DNA of 63,934 nucleotides. It comes from a virus. Lineage: Duplodnaviria; Caudoviricetes. The stretch is taken from positions 1 to 63,934 of IMG/VR virus record IMGVR_UViG_3300035156_000168. The stretch is one strand, 5' to 3'. Of this stretch, positions 49,453 through 57,716 are shown piece after piece. The notes beneath the pieces were generated by a model that saw only the letters and a program-made list of their open reading frames with translations, did not search any database and was not told the origin of the DNA. Position 1 is the stretch's first letter. Each line of letters begins with the position of its first letter. The translations under genes were made by a program, and so were the position numbers.

Positions 49453-49847
49453 CACTCACCGAGTTCCTGCTGGCGCGGATCGCGGAGGATAAGGCCAGTG
49501 CGTCAACGCACGCTTACTCTACAGTCGTCGGTGATGTTGCGCTCGGGGACGGTCGGCGCGCCCCTTTAAACAGTTGGGTGAGATTTAACCCCGCTCGCGT
49601 GCTAGCGGAGTGCGAAGCCAAGCGGCGGATTGTGACCGAGGTGCACTACGACCGCAACGCCGAGAGTGTGGCCGAGGCGAAGGCTGACCACGAGCGACAC
49701 GGGTGGCCCGTCTTGGTGGAGTCGGAGTGCGCCTCTTGCAGTTGCTACTCGGACTGCGTCGTCTCAATTGAGGACTGCCCCACACTGCGGCTACTCGCAC
49801 TGCCGTACGTCGACCACCCATCATTCCAGGATGAATGGCGGGCTTAG
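49449..49847 (+). CDS. DUF6221-like protein
   Basis: EFLLARIAED, PARVLAECEAKRRI, LRLLALPY.DHP. Confidence 0.75.
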   Translation: MTLTEFLLARIAEDKASASTHAYSTVVGDVALGDGRRAPLNSWVRFNPARVLAECEAKRRIVTEVHYDRNAESVAEAKADHERHGWPVLVESECASCSCYSDCVVSIEDCPTLRLLALPYVDHPSFQDEWRA

Positions 49848-49875
49848 TCGGATGACACGCTGTAGGATAGGTGAC

Positions 49876-50391
49876 GTGACGGTTTGGCTTCCTATACCTG
49901 GGTACGAGCGCACTTACGAAGTGTCCGATATGGGCGAGGTTCGGAGCAGGCCGCGGCCGAGAACCCGAGGCGGAACCCTTAAGACATGGATCGGACGCCG
50001 CGGCTACCCGGTTGTATCGCTCGTGCAAAATGGCCGACAAGCAACTCGCGTGGTTCATGGACTTGTGGCCTTAACGTTCCTCGGGCCAAGACCCGAGAGC
50101 CAGGAAGTGCGTCACCTGAACGGTGACCCCACGGACGCGCGCGCCTCAAATCTCGCTTACGGCACCCGAGGCGAGAATGTTCGAGACAAACGTCACCACG
50201 GCAGTGACCACAACGTGAACAAGACTCACTGCCCACAAGGGCATCCTTATGACGAATCCAATACCTACGTTCTGCCTTCGCGGCCGGGCGCTCGTTACTG
50301 CCGCGAGTGCGCCAGGGTGAGAGCTCTTGCTCGTTACCACGCAAAGCGCACCCCCGACTTTGACGAGGCGTGGCGTCCCGATGCCGGTTGA
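49876..50391 (+). CDS. NUMOD4-HNH homing endonuclease
   Basis: W.PIPGYE..YEVSD.G.VRS, VRHLNGD......NL.YGT..EN, KTHCPQGH. Confidence 0.9.
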   Translation: MTVWLPIPGYERTYEVSDMGEVRSRPRPRTRGGTLKTWIGRRGYPVVSLVQNGRQATRVVHGLVALTFLGPRPESQEVRHLNGDPTDARASNLAYGTRGENVRDKRHHGSDHNVNKTHCPQGHPYDESNTYVLPSRPGARYCRECARVRALARYHAKRTPDFDEAWRPDAG

Positions 50392-50580
50392 CTTCGTCGC
50401 GGAGCGGCGGTGCCCCGAGTGCGGGCAGGAGTCCGTCGACGACTGGCTGCCGTTCTGCTCGGAGGAGTGCCGCGCCGCGTTCGCTGCGGCGACGGTCCGT
50501 GCAGGCGAAGTGGACGGCACGTAAAGAAACTCTGGCCGTAGGTATTGCCAGTGGCAAGGCAGGTGTGCCACAGTTGAGAC

Positions 50581-50916
50581 ATGAGCACAGCAACCACATA
50601 CCGCACCTTTGACGCCATGACCGACGACCCGAACTGGCTCGGCTTCGGCTACCTCGGGGGACGCAGCAACTACCTCCACGAATACGACCCGGAATGCCTG
50701 GCCGAGATGAGCAGCACAGACAGGGCCATACACGTCGCTCACATTGACGGTGTCATCGTCCGCCATGCAGCCGCTCGCGGTTGGACCGATGTTGAGTTGT
50801 TCGCCTGGGCCAACAGCAAGAACGGCCGCTGGTTCGCTGACACCGCTTTCGGTGGCACCGACGCCGACCTCGACAAGGCGCGCGAATGGCGGCTGCTGGA
50901 GTTGCCGCGTGACTGA
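50581..50916 (+). CDS. hypothetical
   Basis: Leaderless-type promoter TTGCCA...CACAGT-N6-ATG. Confidence 0.6.
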   Translation: MSTATTYRTFDAMTDDPNWLGFGYLGGRSNYLHEYDPECLAEMSSTDRAIHVAHIDGVIVRHAAARGWTDVELFAWANSKNGRWFADTAFGGTDADLDKAREWRLLELPRD

Positions 50917-51085
50917 CCAGCACAAGATCCCGAACCGCGGCCTGCGCGTCCCCGACGACGAGTGGCAGCCCGCCCTCGCGGAAGCTGCACGGCGCCGCGA
51001 ACCCCTGTCCGCGTACCTGCGGCGCGCCATCCGGCACTACAACGCAGGCGGCGACATCCCAACCAAGAAACGAGCACCGAAATGA
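50909..51085 (+). CDS. ribbon-helix-helix protein
   Basis: RGLRVPDDEW..A...A......LSAYLRRAI. Confidence 0.7.
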   Translation: MTDQHKIPNRGLRVPDDEWQPALAEAARRREPLSAYLRRAIRHYNAGGDIPTKKRAPK

Positions 51086-51396
51086 CCGACCAGTGCCAAG
51101 AGCAAGTCAGTGACGGTGGCCGGTGGCCGTCCTTCCACACCTGCGGGCGGCCGATCAAACGCGACGGACTTTGCGGGCTACACGCCGCAGCAAAGGATCG
51201 AGCCGCGCAACGCGACCGCGACATGGCCGCCAAGCGGGACGGGCAGAAACGGGCTAAGGCCAGTGCCGAAGCTGCCCTGACTGAACTGGGGGTCAAGGGC
51301 CGCGCGGCGTACGACTCAATCGCTGCCGCCTACACCGGCGAGGTTGTGGTGTCGGTGGACGAACTGCGGCGTCTGATGGCGAGGGCCGACGCATGA
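51082..51396 (+). CDS. hypothetical
   Basis: Coupled; C...C...C..H. Confidence 0.5.
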   Translation: MTDQCQEQVSDGGRWPSFHTCGRPIKRDGLCGLHAAAKDRAAQRDRDMAAKRDGQKRAKASAEAALTELGVKGRAAYDSIAAAYTGEVVVSVDELRRLMARADA

Positions 51397-51725
51397 CCGA
51401 CGACGAACTGGCCGCCATCCGCGAACGGGACTCTGAGCTTGCTGAGTTCGCGCCGAGAATGGACGCCGTGTACGCCGACCGCCGCGCCCTGCTGGCTGAG
51501 GTGGTGCGGCTCCGCGCCCAACTCGCCGAAGCACTCGCCGACTGCGGGGATGAGTATGCAGGGTCAGCCGGTGAGCAGTGGAACCGCACAACAGCCGCGG
51601 TGCCGAGGGCGTCAGTCGAAGCCGCCCGCGTCGCCGTCCAACGCGACCAGGACCGCGGCCGAGACAGCGACCCTGCCACCATCCGACTCGCCAACGCCAC
51701 AACACAGACAGGAAACAAGACATGA
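51393..51725 (+). CDS. hypothetical
   Basis: DELAAIRER...D..ALLAEV.RLRA. Confidence 0.55.
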   Translation: MTDDELAAIRERDSELAEFAPRMDAVYADRRALLAEVVRLRAQLAEALADCGDEYAGSAGEQWNRTTAAVPRASVEAARVAVQRDQDRGRDSDPATIRLANATTQTGNKT

Positions 51726-51847
51726 GCGACACACAGATGTTGCTGATACTTGGACTAGCAATGTTGACATTGGTCGGGTTCGTCGTCTGGTCCGTATGGG
51801 ACATGCGCCGATCCGCGAACCGCCAACGGGCAGGAGACAAGACATGA
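51722..51847 (+). CDS. small single-TM protein
   Basis: AGGAAACAAGACATG start, hydrophobic helix. Confidence 0.5.
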   Translation: MSDTQMLLILGLAMLTLVGFVVWSVWDMRRSANRQRAGDKT

Positions 51848-52017
51848 CCACATCGGGGTGGCTGATCGTTCTGCTCACAGTGGTCGTGCTGTTCGCGTCT
51901 CGCTCCGTCACTGTGCTCCTCGACTACCTCGAAGCGGTGGACCGCGAAAAACAGCAGCGAAGGCCAGTGCCGGACCACGCGCGCATCGCCGAACTAGAGC
52001 GCGAACTGGGAATGTGA
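51844..52017 (+). CDS. small single-TM protein
   Basis: AGGAGACAAGACATG start, hydrophobic helix. Confidence 0.5.
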   Translation: MTTSGWLIVLLTVVVLFASRSVTVLLDYLEAVDREKQQRRPVPDHARIAELERELGM

Positions 52018-52086
52018 CGTTGTCGGGTTCTGACATGCACCCTGAACGGGCCTAGTTCGACGACCCGGCGAACACGTCCTTCTGTC

Positions 52087-52327
52087 GGGCACATACGAGG
52101 GCACATGGGCGGGCGAGCTTACGCTCAGATGGCTCAGTGAAGGCACATGTTCAGACAGGATCAGCACACTCAGCGGCAGGATTTTGGAGGGTCTGATTGT
52201 GGTTTTGACTAGGGATTTTAGGCTGCGCCCCCGAGTGGATTCGAACCACTGACCGACAGATTAGAAGACTGTTGCAATGTGCTCCCCACTAGGGGAAATG
52301 CTGGCGTCGGGCACATCTAAGGCACAT
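52087..52327. other. attP: tRNA-Arg(TCT) 3' half core (52224-52267, minus strand) with arm-type repeats
   Basis: Reverse complement CTTCTAATCTGTCGGTCAGTGGTTCGAATCCACTCGGGGGCGCA; RGGCACAT at 52087, 52099, 52141, 52309, 52320. Confidence 0.88.
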
Positions 52328-52408
52328 CGTCGCCAAAACTTGCAATGTTTCGCCTAGTCAGCGTCCACTTCGACTGGCTACAACGTCCACAATACATGTA
52401 AGGAAGCC

Positions 52409-53071
52409 ATGCAAACCAAGAGACGGACAGTACGCGACGACCAGCACGGGACCATAACGGGTTACACCTACGGCTGCCGATGTGACACCTGCACAGAAGC
52501 CAACCGCGTCAAACACGAGTCGATCAGACAAGCGATGCTGGCCGACCCCGAGGACCGTCGTCATGCCACCGCGACTGGCTACAAGTACGGGTGCCGGTGC
52601 GAGGCGTGCTCACGCGCGAACAGCCTGGCAGACGCTGCCCATGACGCCGCGTTTCGTCGCGACCTTACCGACCAGCGTCATGGCACGGCGGCTGGCTACG
52701 CGTACGGCTGCGCATGCGACGGTTGCCTGCGCGCAGGCAAGGCGTACCGCGCCGGAATCGTTCAGCTCTTGGCTCAGGACCCCGACGACCCTCGGCATGG
52801 CACGTCAACGGGCTATACGTACGGATGCAGATGCGAGCCTTGCCGGGAAGCGAAGATGGATTCCAACGCCACATCAGCGCGGTTGGAGTACCACTCGGAA
52901 CGCGCCACGCACGGCGACCTCCGCCTATTCGCACATGGGCTAGGACTCAGCGTGCCCCGCAGCGGGGCACGTCGTGAAGCGCTCATTAAGCGGTACAACC
53001 GAGAGCACCCCGATCGTCCGTACACCGACGAATCGGATCATGAGTACAAAGAACGCCAATGGCAGCGTTGA
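52409..53071 (+). CDS. protein with four HGTxxGYxYGCxCxxC repeats
   Basis: Four ~37-aa repeats; AAGGA RBS. Confidence 0.75.
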   Translation: MQTKRRTVRDDQHGTITGYTYGCRCDTCTEANRVKHESIRQAMLADPEDRRHATATGYKYGCRCEACSRANSLADAAHDAAFRRDLTDQRHGTAAGYAYGCACDGCLRAGKAYRAGIVQLLAQDPDDPRHGTSTGYTYGCRCEPCREAKMDSNATSARLEYHSERATHGDLRLFAHGLGLSVPRSGARREALIKRYNREHPDRPYTDESDHEYKERQWQR

Positions 53072-53074
53072 CGC

Positions 53075-54151
53075 CTAGCGTTCGTACCCGCCCATCCGCT
53101 TAGCCACGTCGTCAACACCCTGCTCCCACGCGTGGCCGTACAAGTCGACCGTCATGGTGGCGCTGGCGTGCCCGAGCATCCGTTGCACCACTTTGACGTC
53201 GGCACCGGATGCGATGGCGAGGCTGGCGGCGGTGTGGCGTAGGTCGTGTGGCCGCAGCCCGTCCAGCCCGACTTGTGCGGTGGCGTCCTGGAAGCGTTTG
53301 TAGAAGCGGCTGTGACGTCTCAGCCCACCCCGAGCGGCCGGCAGCAGTGGCTCATCCGGCCCGCGCCCGCCGGCCAAGTTGATAAGTTCAATTAGCAACG
53401 CGGGTGGTACACCAACTTCGCGCGCCTTCCCCGTCTTCGTGTCCCCGACAGTGAGCACTCCCCCGCGTTCCCCCACCGACCTCGACACCGTCAACCTGGC
53501 CCGGGCCGCATCCAAGTCGCGGACCCGCAACCCCGCCAACTCACCCCAACGCAACCCGGTGAACGCCAACGTCCTCACCGCGATCCCGTCCGGGCCGCAC
53601 GCCTCCGCCAACTCATGAATCTGCTGCTGCGTCAACGGCCTCCCCTGCCTACGGGCCGGCATCTTCACCGACACCCCCGCAGTCGGATCAGCAATCACCA
53701 AACCGTCGCGGACAGCCAAAGCGAACACACCGGACAGAATTTGTAGAGCCTGACGAGCCACAGAAGGGGACGTGCGCGCAGCCTTCTCCGCAACCCACCC
53801 AGCAACCTCCGAATGCCGCACATCTGACAGCTGCCGGTCCTCCCACTCCGGCGCCACATGAATCCGCCACTTCGACTCATAGTTCCCGACATGCCCCGCC
53901 GACAGCCCCCGCTTCGTGCGTATCCACGCCGCGTACTGCTTCCCGACCGTCGCCTGCGACGCCAACTGCTGCGGTGTGACCCGCAGCTCCGCCAAATGCC
54001 GCTCCGCCTCATCCTTAGTGGTGAAGTTCCGCTTCCGCTGGTTCTCGTCGGAGTCCCGCCACCGCGCCTGCCAACGCTGCCCGCGACCGTTCAACGCCGT
54101 CGGCACCTTACGGCCACCGACCTTACGGAACCACAAATCGTAGACAGCCAT
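53075..54151 (-). CDS. int: tyrosine integrase
   Basis: TGLRWGE, HDLRH, LGHAS..MT.D.Y. Confidence 0.95.
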   Translation of the reverse strand: MAVYDLWFRKVGGRKVPTALNGRGQRWQARWRDSDENQRKRNFTTKDEAERHLAELRVTPQQLASQATVGKQYAAWIRTKRGLSAGHVGNYESKWRIHVAPEWEDRQLSDVRHSEVAGWVAEKAARTSPSVARQALQILSGVFALAVRDGLVIADPTAGVSVKMPARRQGRPLTQQQIHELAEACGPDGIAVRTLAFTGLRWGELAGLRVRDLDAARARLTVSRSVGERGGVLTVGDTKTGKAREVGVPPALLIELINLAGGRGPDEPLLPAARGGLRRHSRFYKRFQDATAQVGLDGLRPHDLRHTAASLAIASGADVKVVQRMLGHASATMTVDLYGHAWEQGVDDVAKRMGGYER

Positions 54152-54174
54152 CAGTTCCTCTTGTGTCTCGTCGG

Positions 54175-54789
54175 CTACTTCACGGACCCGGAGAACACCG
54201 CAGACTCGTGCTCGCCGTCGCCGATACTGAACTCCATCACCACGTCATCCTGATACTTCGGCGGGATGAAGAACGGCCAGCCAGCGGAGCGCGCTTTTCC
54301 GGGAATCAACTTGCCGCTCATATCGCCCAAACTTTCCGATACCACCGGGGCTTCGGCTGGTTCGCCATCCGGACCGTACGCAACGTCGGGCACCCCGATC
54401 AGGTTGAGAGTGCGCTTCGAGTTGTTGCGGACCCGGATGGTGAACACCACGTAGTCCTGGCCCAACTTCTGATTGAACTCGGCGTCCTGCTTACTGATCT
54501 TGGCGTGGCGAATCTTGATGACCTCAACCTGCACCCCGTCGTCCCACGTGTACTTCTCCTTGAACGAAGCAACCATCGGCTCAGCTTCCTCAGTTGGCCC
54601 GTCCGGCTCAAGGTCCGCGCACTCCTCCTGCTCCGCCTCTGTCGTCGCGTTGTCGCAGTCCAGCTCCGACTCCGAGGCAGTGGCCGCAGGACCGTCGCCT
54701 GGGGCGACACCAGTCGCTGGGGCCTGCGTACAGCCCGTCACGAGCAATAGGCAGAACAGCAGTGTGAGTCGTCGTAGCGTAGCGATCAT
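54175..54789 (-). CDS. lipoprotein (possible superinfection exclusion)
   Basis: Lipobox LVTGC; between repressor and integrase. Confidence 0.75.
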   Translation of the reverse strand: MIATLRRLTLLFCLLLVTGCTQAPATGVAPGDGPAATASESELDCDNATTEAEQEECADLEPDGPTEEAEPMVASFKEKYTWDDGVQVEVIKIRHAKISKQDAEFNQKLGQDYVVFTIRVRNNSKRTLNLIGVPDVAYGPDGEPAEAPVVSESLGDMSGKLIPGKARSAGWPFFIPPKYQDDVVMEFSIGDGEHESAVFSGSVK

Positions 54790-54847
54790 GAAGCAGCCCC
54801 CCGGTTGCGTTTGGTGGTGACGTCGACTGTCGGCCGTGACCCGTTCA

Positions 54848-55534
54848 TCAGTTCCTCTCAGCAGCTCTAAACGGTGCCTTAGGCGCAGGCGGCGGCGTGT
54901 AGTCACCTCGAAGCCACTCCGCGTCCGCGCCAGTTCGCTGCGCCCACAACTTCACTATGTCATCGACGGGAACCGCGATCCGACCGCTCAAAATGTCTTC
55001 GAGCTGATCGACGTTCACGCCAAGAAAACTCGCCATCTCATCCTTCGCAACACCCGACTGCTCAAGGGACTGGGAGAGGCGAGCTAGCACGTCAGAGTCA
55101 CTCCCCCGCGCCTCAACTTCCTCCTCGACCTCAGACTCCTCAACTTCGATCGAGGCAGCCTCAGCCTCGACGGCCTGACGCAACTTCCGGCGACGCAACA
55201 TAGACCGATGCAAGGCCAGCAGGTTCTCACGGTCGTCAACGGACAGTCGCTCGTCCAGCCGGATCGCACGCTCCGTTGTGATCTTCACCTGCGGCAGCGG
55301 ATACCCCATCGCCTCAAGGTAGGCGGCAACCACTCGCTCAATCGGCACGTCCAGGGCGGCTGCCAGCGCCTCGACGTTCTTGCTGCCAAAAAACACTATG
55401 TCGTTCAGCATCAGCTGACTCCATCGCGCTTCGCTGATCGGGTGACCAGCGCGCTTGGCGCGCCGCACCATCTCTGCGTTCGACCAGCCCTCCTTTGTGC
55501 GAACTTGTTCAACTAGACGCGCGATCGCGTGCAT
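54848..55534 (-). CDS. immunity repressor, two HTH-like domains
   Basis: N-terminal GWSNAEMVRRA...ISEARWSQL; C-terminal EMASFLGV...LWAQRTGADAEWL; divergent from cro. Confidence 0.75.
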   Translation of the reverse strand: MHAIARLVEQVRTKEGWSNAEMVRRAKRAGHPISEARWSQLMLNDIVFFGSKNVEALAAALDVPIERVVAAYLEAMGYPLPQVKITTERAIRLDERLSVDDRENLLALHRSMLRRRKLRQAVEAEAASIEVEESEVEEEVEARGSDSDVLARLSQSLEQSGVAKDEMASFLGVNVDQLEDILSGRIAVPVDDIVKLWAQRTGADAEWLRGDYTPPPAPKAPFRAAERN

Positions 55535-55614
55535 GTACTTGTGTGTCCCTTCGTCGCCGAACTCCCCCGAGTCCTGTGGCGTACACCGGCTACGGTACGT
55601 CGCGCCGTTCGCTC

Positions 55615-55746
55615 TGTCCACTCTTTGTGGACATGTCGCACCGTACCGTTTGGGCCTGTCAGAGCGCAGTTTGACGCGCACAACGCGACGAAGCACCCCG
55701 CATTCCGTACACCGTGTTCCAAACTAACATTCACACAGAGTGGACA
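55615..55746. promoter_or_regulatory. operator-like sites in the repressor/cro switch
   Basis: TGTCCACTCTTTGTG (55615) and inverted CACACAGAGTGGACA (55732), 14/15 match. Confidence 0.55.
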
Positions 55747-55818
55747 CCGTCCGCATATCGCGTTACGGTTTCAAACAGAGCAAGAAGCACGACGACCCCC
55801 GCAAAGAAAGCACAGGCG

Positions 55819-56079
55819 ATGATCCACGTGAACGGTACAGAGTTGCAGCGGGTGATGGCAGAACGTCGCATGTCGCACCGTCAACTCGCAACCGCGATTG
55901 GTTGGGGAGCTCACTCGCGAGTGAGCCGTCTTGTTCACGGTCAAGCGAAGTCGGTAACTGCTGAGCAGGCTCAGAGAATCGCGGACGCCTTGCAGGTAGA
56001 GGTGCCGTTCCTGTTTGTGCCCGCAGCGTCCACAAAGCCTTCAGGCGACGCGCACAAGGATTCGAGGATCGCGGCATGA
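55819..56079 (+). CDS. Cro-like HTH protein
   Basis: MSHRQLATAIG...VSRL..G...AQRIADALQV. Confidence 0.8.
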   Translation: MIHVNGTELQRVMAERRMSHRQLATAIGWGAHSRVSRLVHGQAKSVTAEQAQRIADALQVEVPFLFVPAASTKPSGDAHKDSRIAA

Positions 56080-56351
56080 CCGCGCAACCCGACGTGTCGC
56101 TGGACTGCGGTGCGCGAATCCTCGCCGCGCTTGCATCGTCATTTGAACAGCGCACAACTCGCGCGCAGTACGTGCAGCGGGTGCTCGAAGCGGTCGCCTC
56201 TGAGTTGCTAGTGGCAGTCATGGAAAGCGCCGGCGACGACGTGTCCGAGCGTGTCGCGGACAACGCGTTTCATGCGGCTTCTAAGTGGGCGACTGAAGCA
56301 GCCGGGAGTCTCGAAGCTGTATTCGCAACGACGGACCGGGCGGCTGTCTGA
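56076..56351 (+). CDS. hypothetical
   Basis: Coupled ORF. Confidence 0.5.
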   Translation: MTAQPDVSLDCGARILAALASSFEQRTTRAQYVQRVLEAVASELLVAVMESAGDDVSERVADNAFHAASKWATEAAGSLEAVFATTDRAAV

Positions 56352-56548
56352 TGCCTGAGCGCTACTACAAGTCCGCCGAAATCAAAGAGATGTGGAACAT
56401 CGACCAGGCGCTCTACACCGAGTGGTGCCGCGCTAGGGAGATCGAGCACGTGAACCTCGGCAGGAAGGGTGCGAGGCGTCCTACCTACGCCTCGACCGAA
56501 CGTCAGATCAAACGCTTCCTCGAATCCCGCACCAAGCGGGCGAGGTAA
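56351..56548 (+). CDS. excisionase-like protein
   Basis: Small basic wHTH pattern, QIKRFLESR. Confidence 0.6.
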   Translation: MPERYYKSAEIKEMWNIDQALYTEWCRAREIEHVNLGRKGARRPTYASTERQIKRFLESRTKRAR

Positions 56549-56621
56549 GGACTCCCCCGCCCCTCCGGTCAAAGACGGGGCGAGGGAACCAACAACCACC
56601 TTCAAGACAGGAGTTTACTCA

Positions 56622-57236
56622 ATGCCCGATGCACAGGTAAGTATCAGCAAGATCGACACCGAGCACATGCTGGTGCCGATTGTGGGGACGTCGCCGCTGA
56701 TCGTTCACAAGTTCAGCGAGAAGGCGAAGCGTCAGATGCTCGACGCTCAGCAGGGACGCAAGTCGCCGAAGGTGGCGCGTGACCCCGAGGCTGACTATCA
56801 GGCCGCGTTCTACCGCACCAAAGAGGGCTACGGCTTCCCGGCTGTGGCGTTTAAGGCGTGCACGATCGGCGCCGCACGGTTCTACGGCAAAGACGTGAAG
56901 ATGACCGAGCTGCGGCAGTTCCTGTTCTTCAAGGGCATTGTGTCGGAGAAGGACCCGCAGTCACTTGTCGAGATCGTCGGCGAGCCGCATATGCGCGAAG
57001 ACGTCGTGCGGCTCGGGATGAGCGGCACAGACCTCCGTTACCGGCCCGAGTTCACCGAGTGGTCGGCGACGTTGGAGGTCATATACATCCGGTCGAGCCT
57101 CACGTCTGAGTCGGTGCTGTCGCTGATCGATGCGGGCGGCATGGGTGTCGGCGTTGGCGAATGGCGCCCTGAAAAACGCGGTGACTACGGCACATTCCAA
57201 ATCGACCCGACGCGTGACGTCGTGGTGACGAAGTGA
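56622..57236 (+). CDS. RAMP/Cas7-like protein (204 aa)
   Basis: IVGTSPLIVH, FPAVAFKA, RYRPEF.EW, Gly-rich loop GGMGVGVGEWRPEKRGDYGTF; AGGAG RBS. Confidence 0.7.
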   Translation: MPDAQVSISKIDTEHMLVPIVGTSPLIVHKFSEKAKRQMLDAQQGRKSPKVARDPEADYQAAFYRTKEGYGFPAVAFKACTIGAARFYGKDVKMTELRQFLFFKGIVSEKDPQSLVEIVGEPHMREDVVRLGMSGTDLRYRPEFTEWSATLEVIYIRSSLTSESVLSLIDAGGMGVGVGEWRPEKRGDYGTFQIDPTRDVVVTK

Positions 57237-57240
57237 GCAC

Positions 57241-57716
57241 GGCAGGCGAGGCAAGGCAAGGCGGGTTGAGGCTTGGTGGGGCACGGCTTGGCATGGCAGG
57301 TCTGGCACGGCTAGGCGTGGCAAGTTCTGGCGAGGTCAGGCGCGGCAAGGCAGGCATGGCGAGGTTGGGTAAGGCTAGGCGCGGCCGGGCATGGCACGGT
57401 ACGGCTCGGCTCGGCAGGCACGGTTTGGTTTGGTGCGGTCGGGTCAGGCGCGGCTTGTCTGGGCTAGGCACGGCTGGGCAGGTTGGGCACGGCGTGGCAC
57501 GTCACGGTTCGGCCAGGCTTGGCGAGGCGCGGCAGGCAGGGCTACGTCTGGCAGGGTGCGGCGAGGTCGGGCACGGTTGGGCAGGCTTGGCTTGGCACGG
57601 CGCGGTTTGGTCGGGCGGGGTTTGGCAGGGCATGGCCCGGCAGGCGAGGCGTGGTGAATCGCGGTTGGGCATGGCGACGCGCGGCCAGGCTTGGCGAGGC
57701 GCGGCAGGTCTGGCAT
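57241..57716 (+). repeat. GGYNN pentamer array, 8 units delimited by GGCA (candidate guide-RNA array)
   Basis: Parsed by hand without gaps: GGCA at 57241, 57295, 57349, 57413, 57477, 57531, 57580, 57639, 57703. Confidence 0.92.

Noticed and set aside
52224-52267. Functional tRNA gene
   Set aside because: Only the anticodon loop to 3' end is present; no D arm or 5' acceptor strand, so it is the attP core.
57241-57716. Canonical CRISPR array or simple microsatellite
   Set aside because: No 25-40 nt direct repeats with spacers and no cas1/cas2; NN positions are too varied and GGCA punctuation too regular for a slippage microsatellite.
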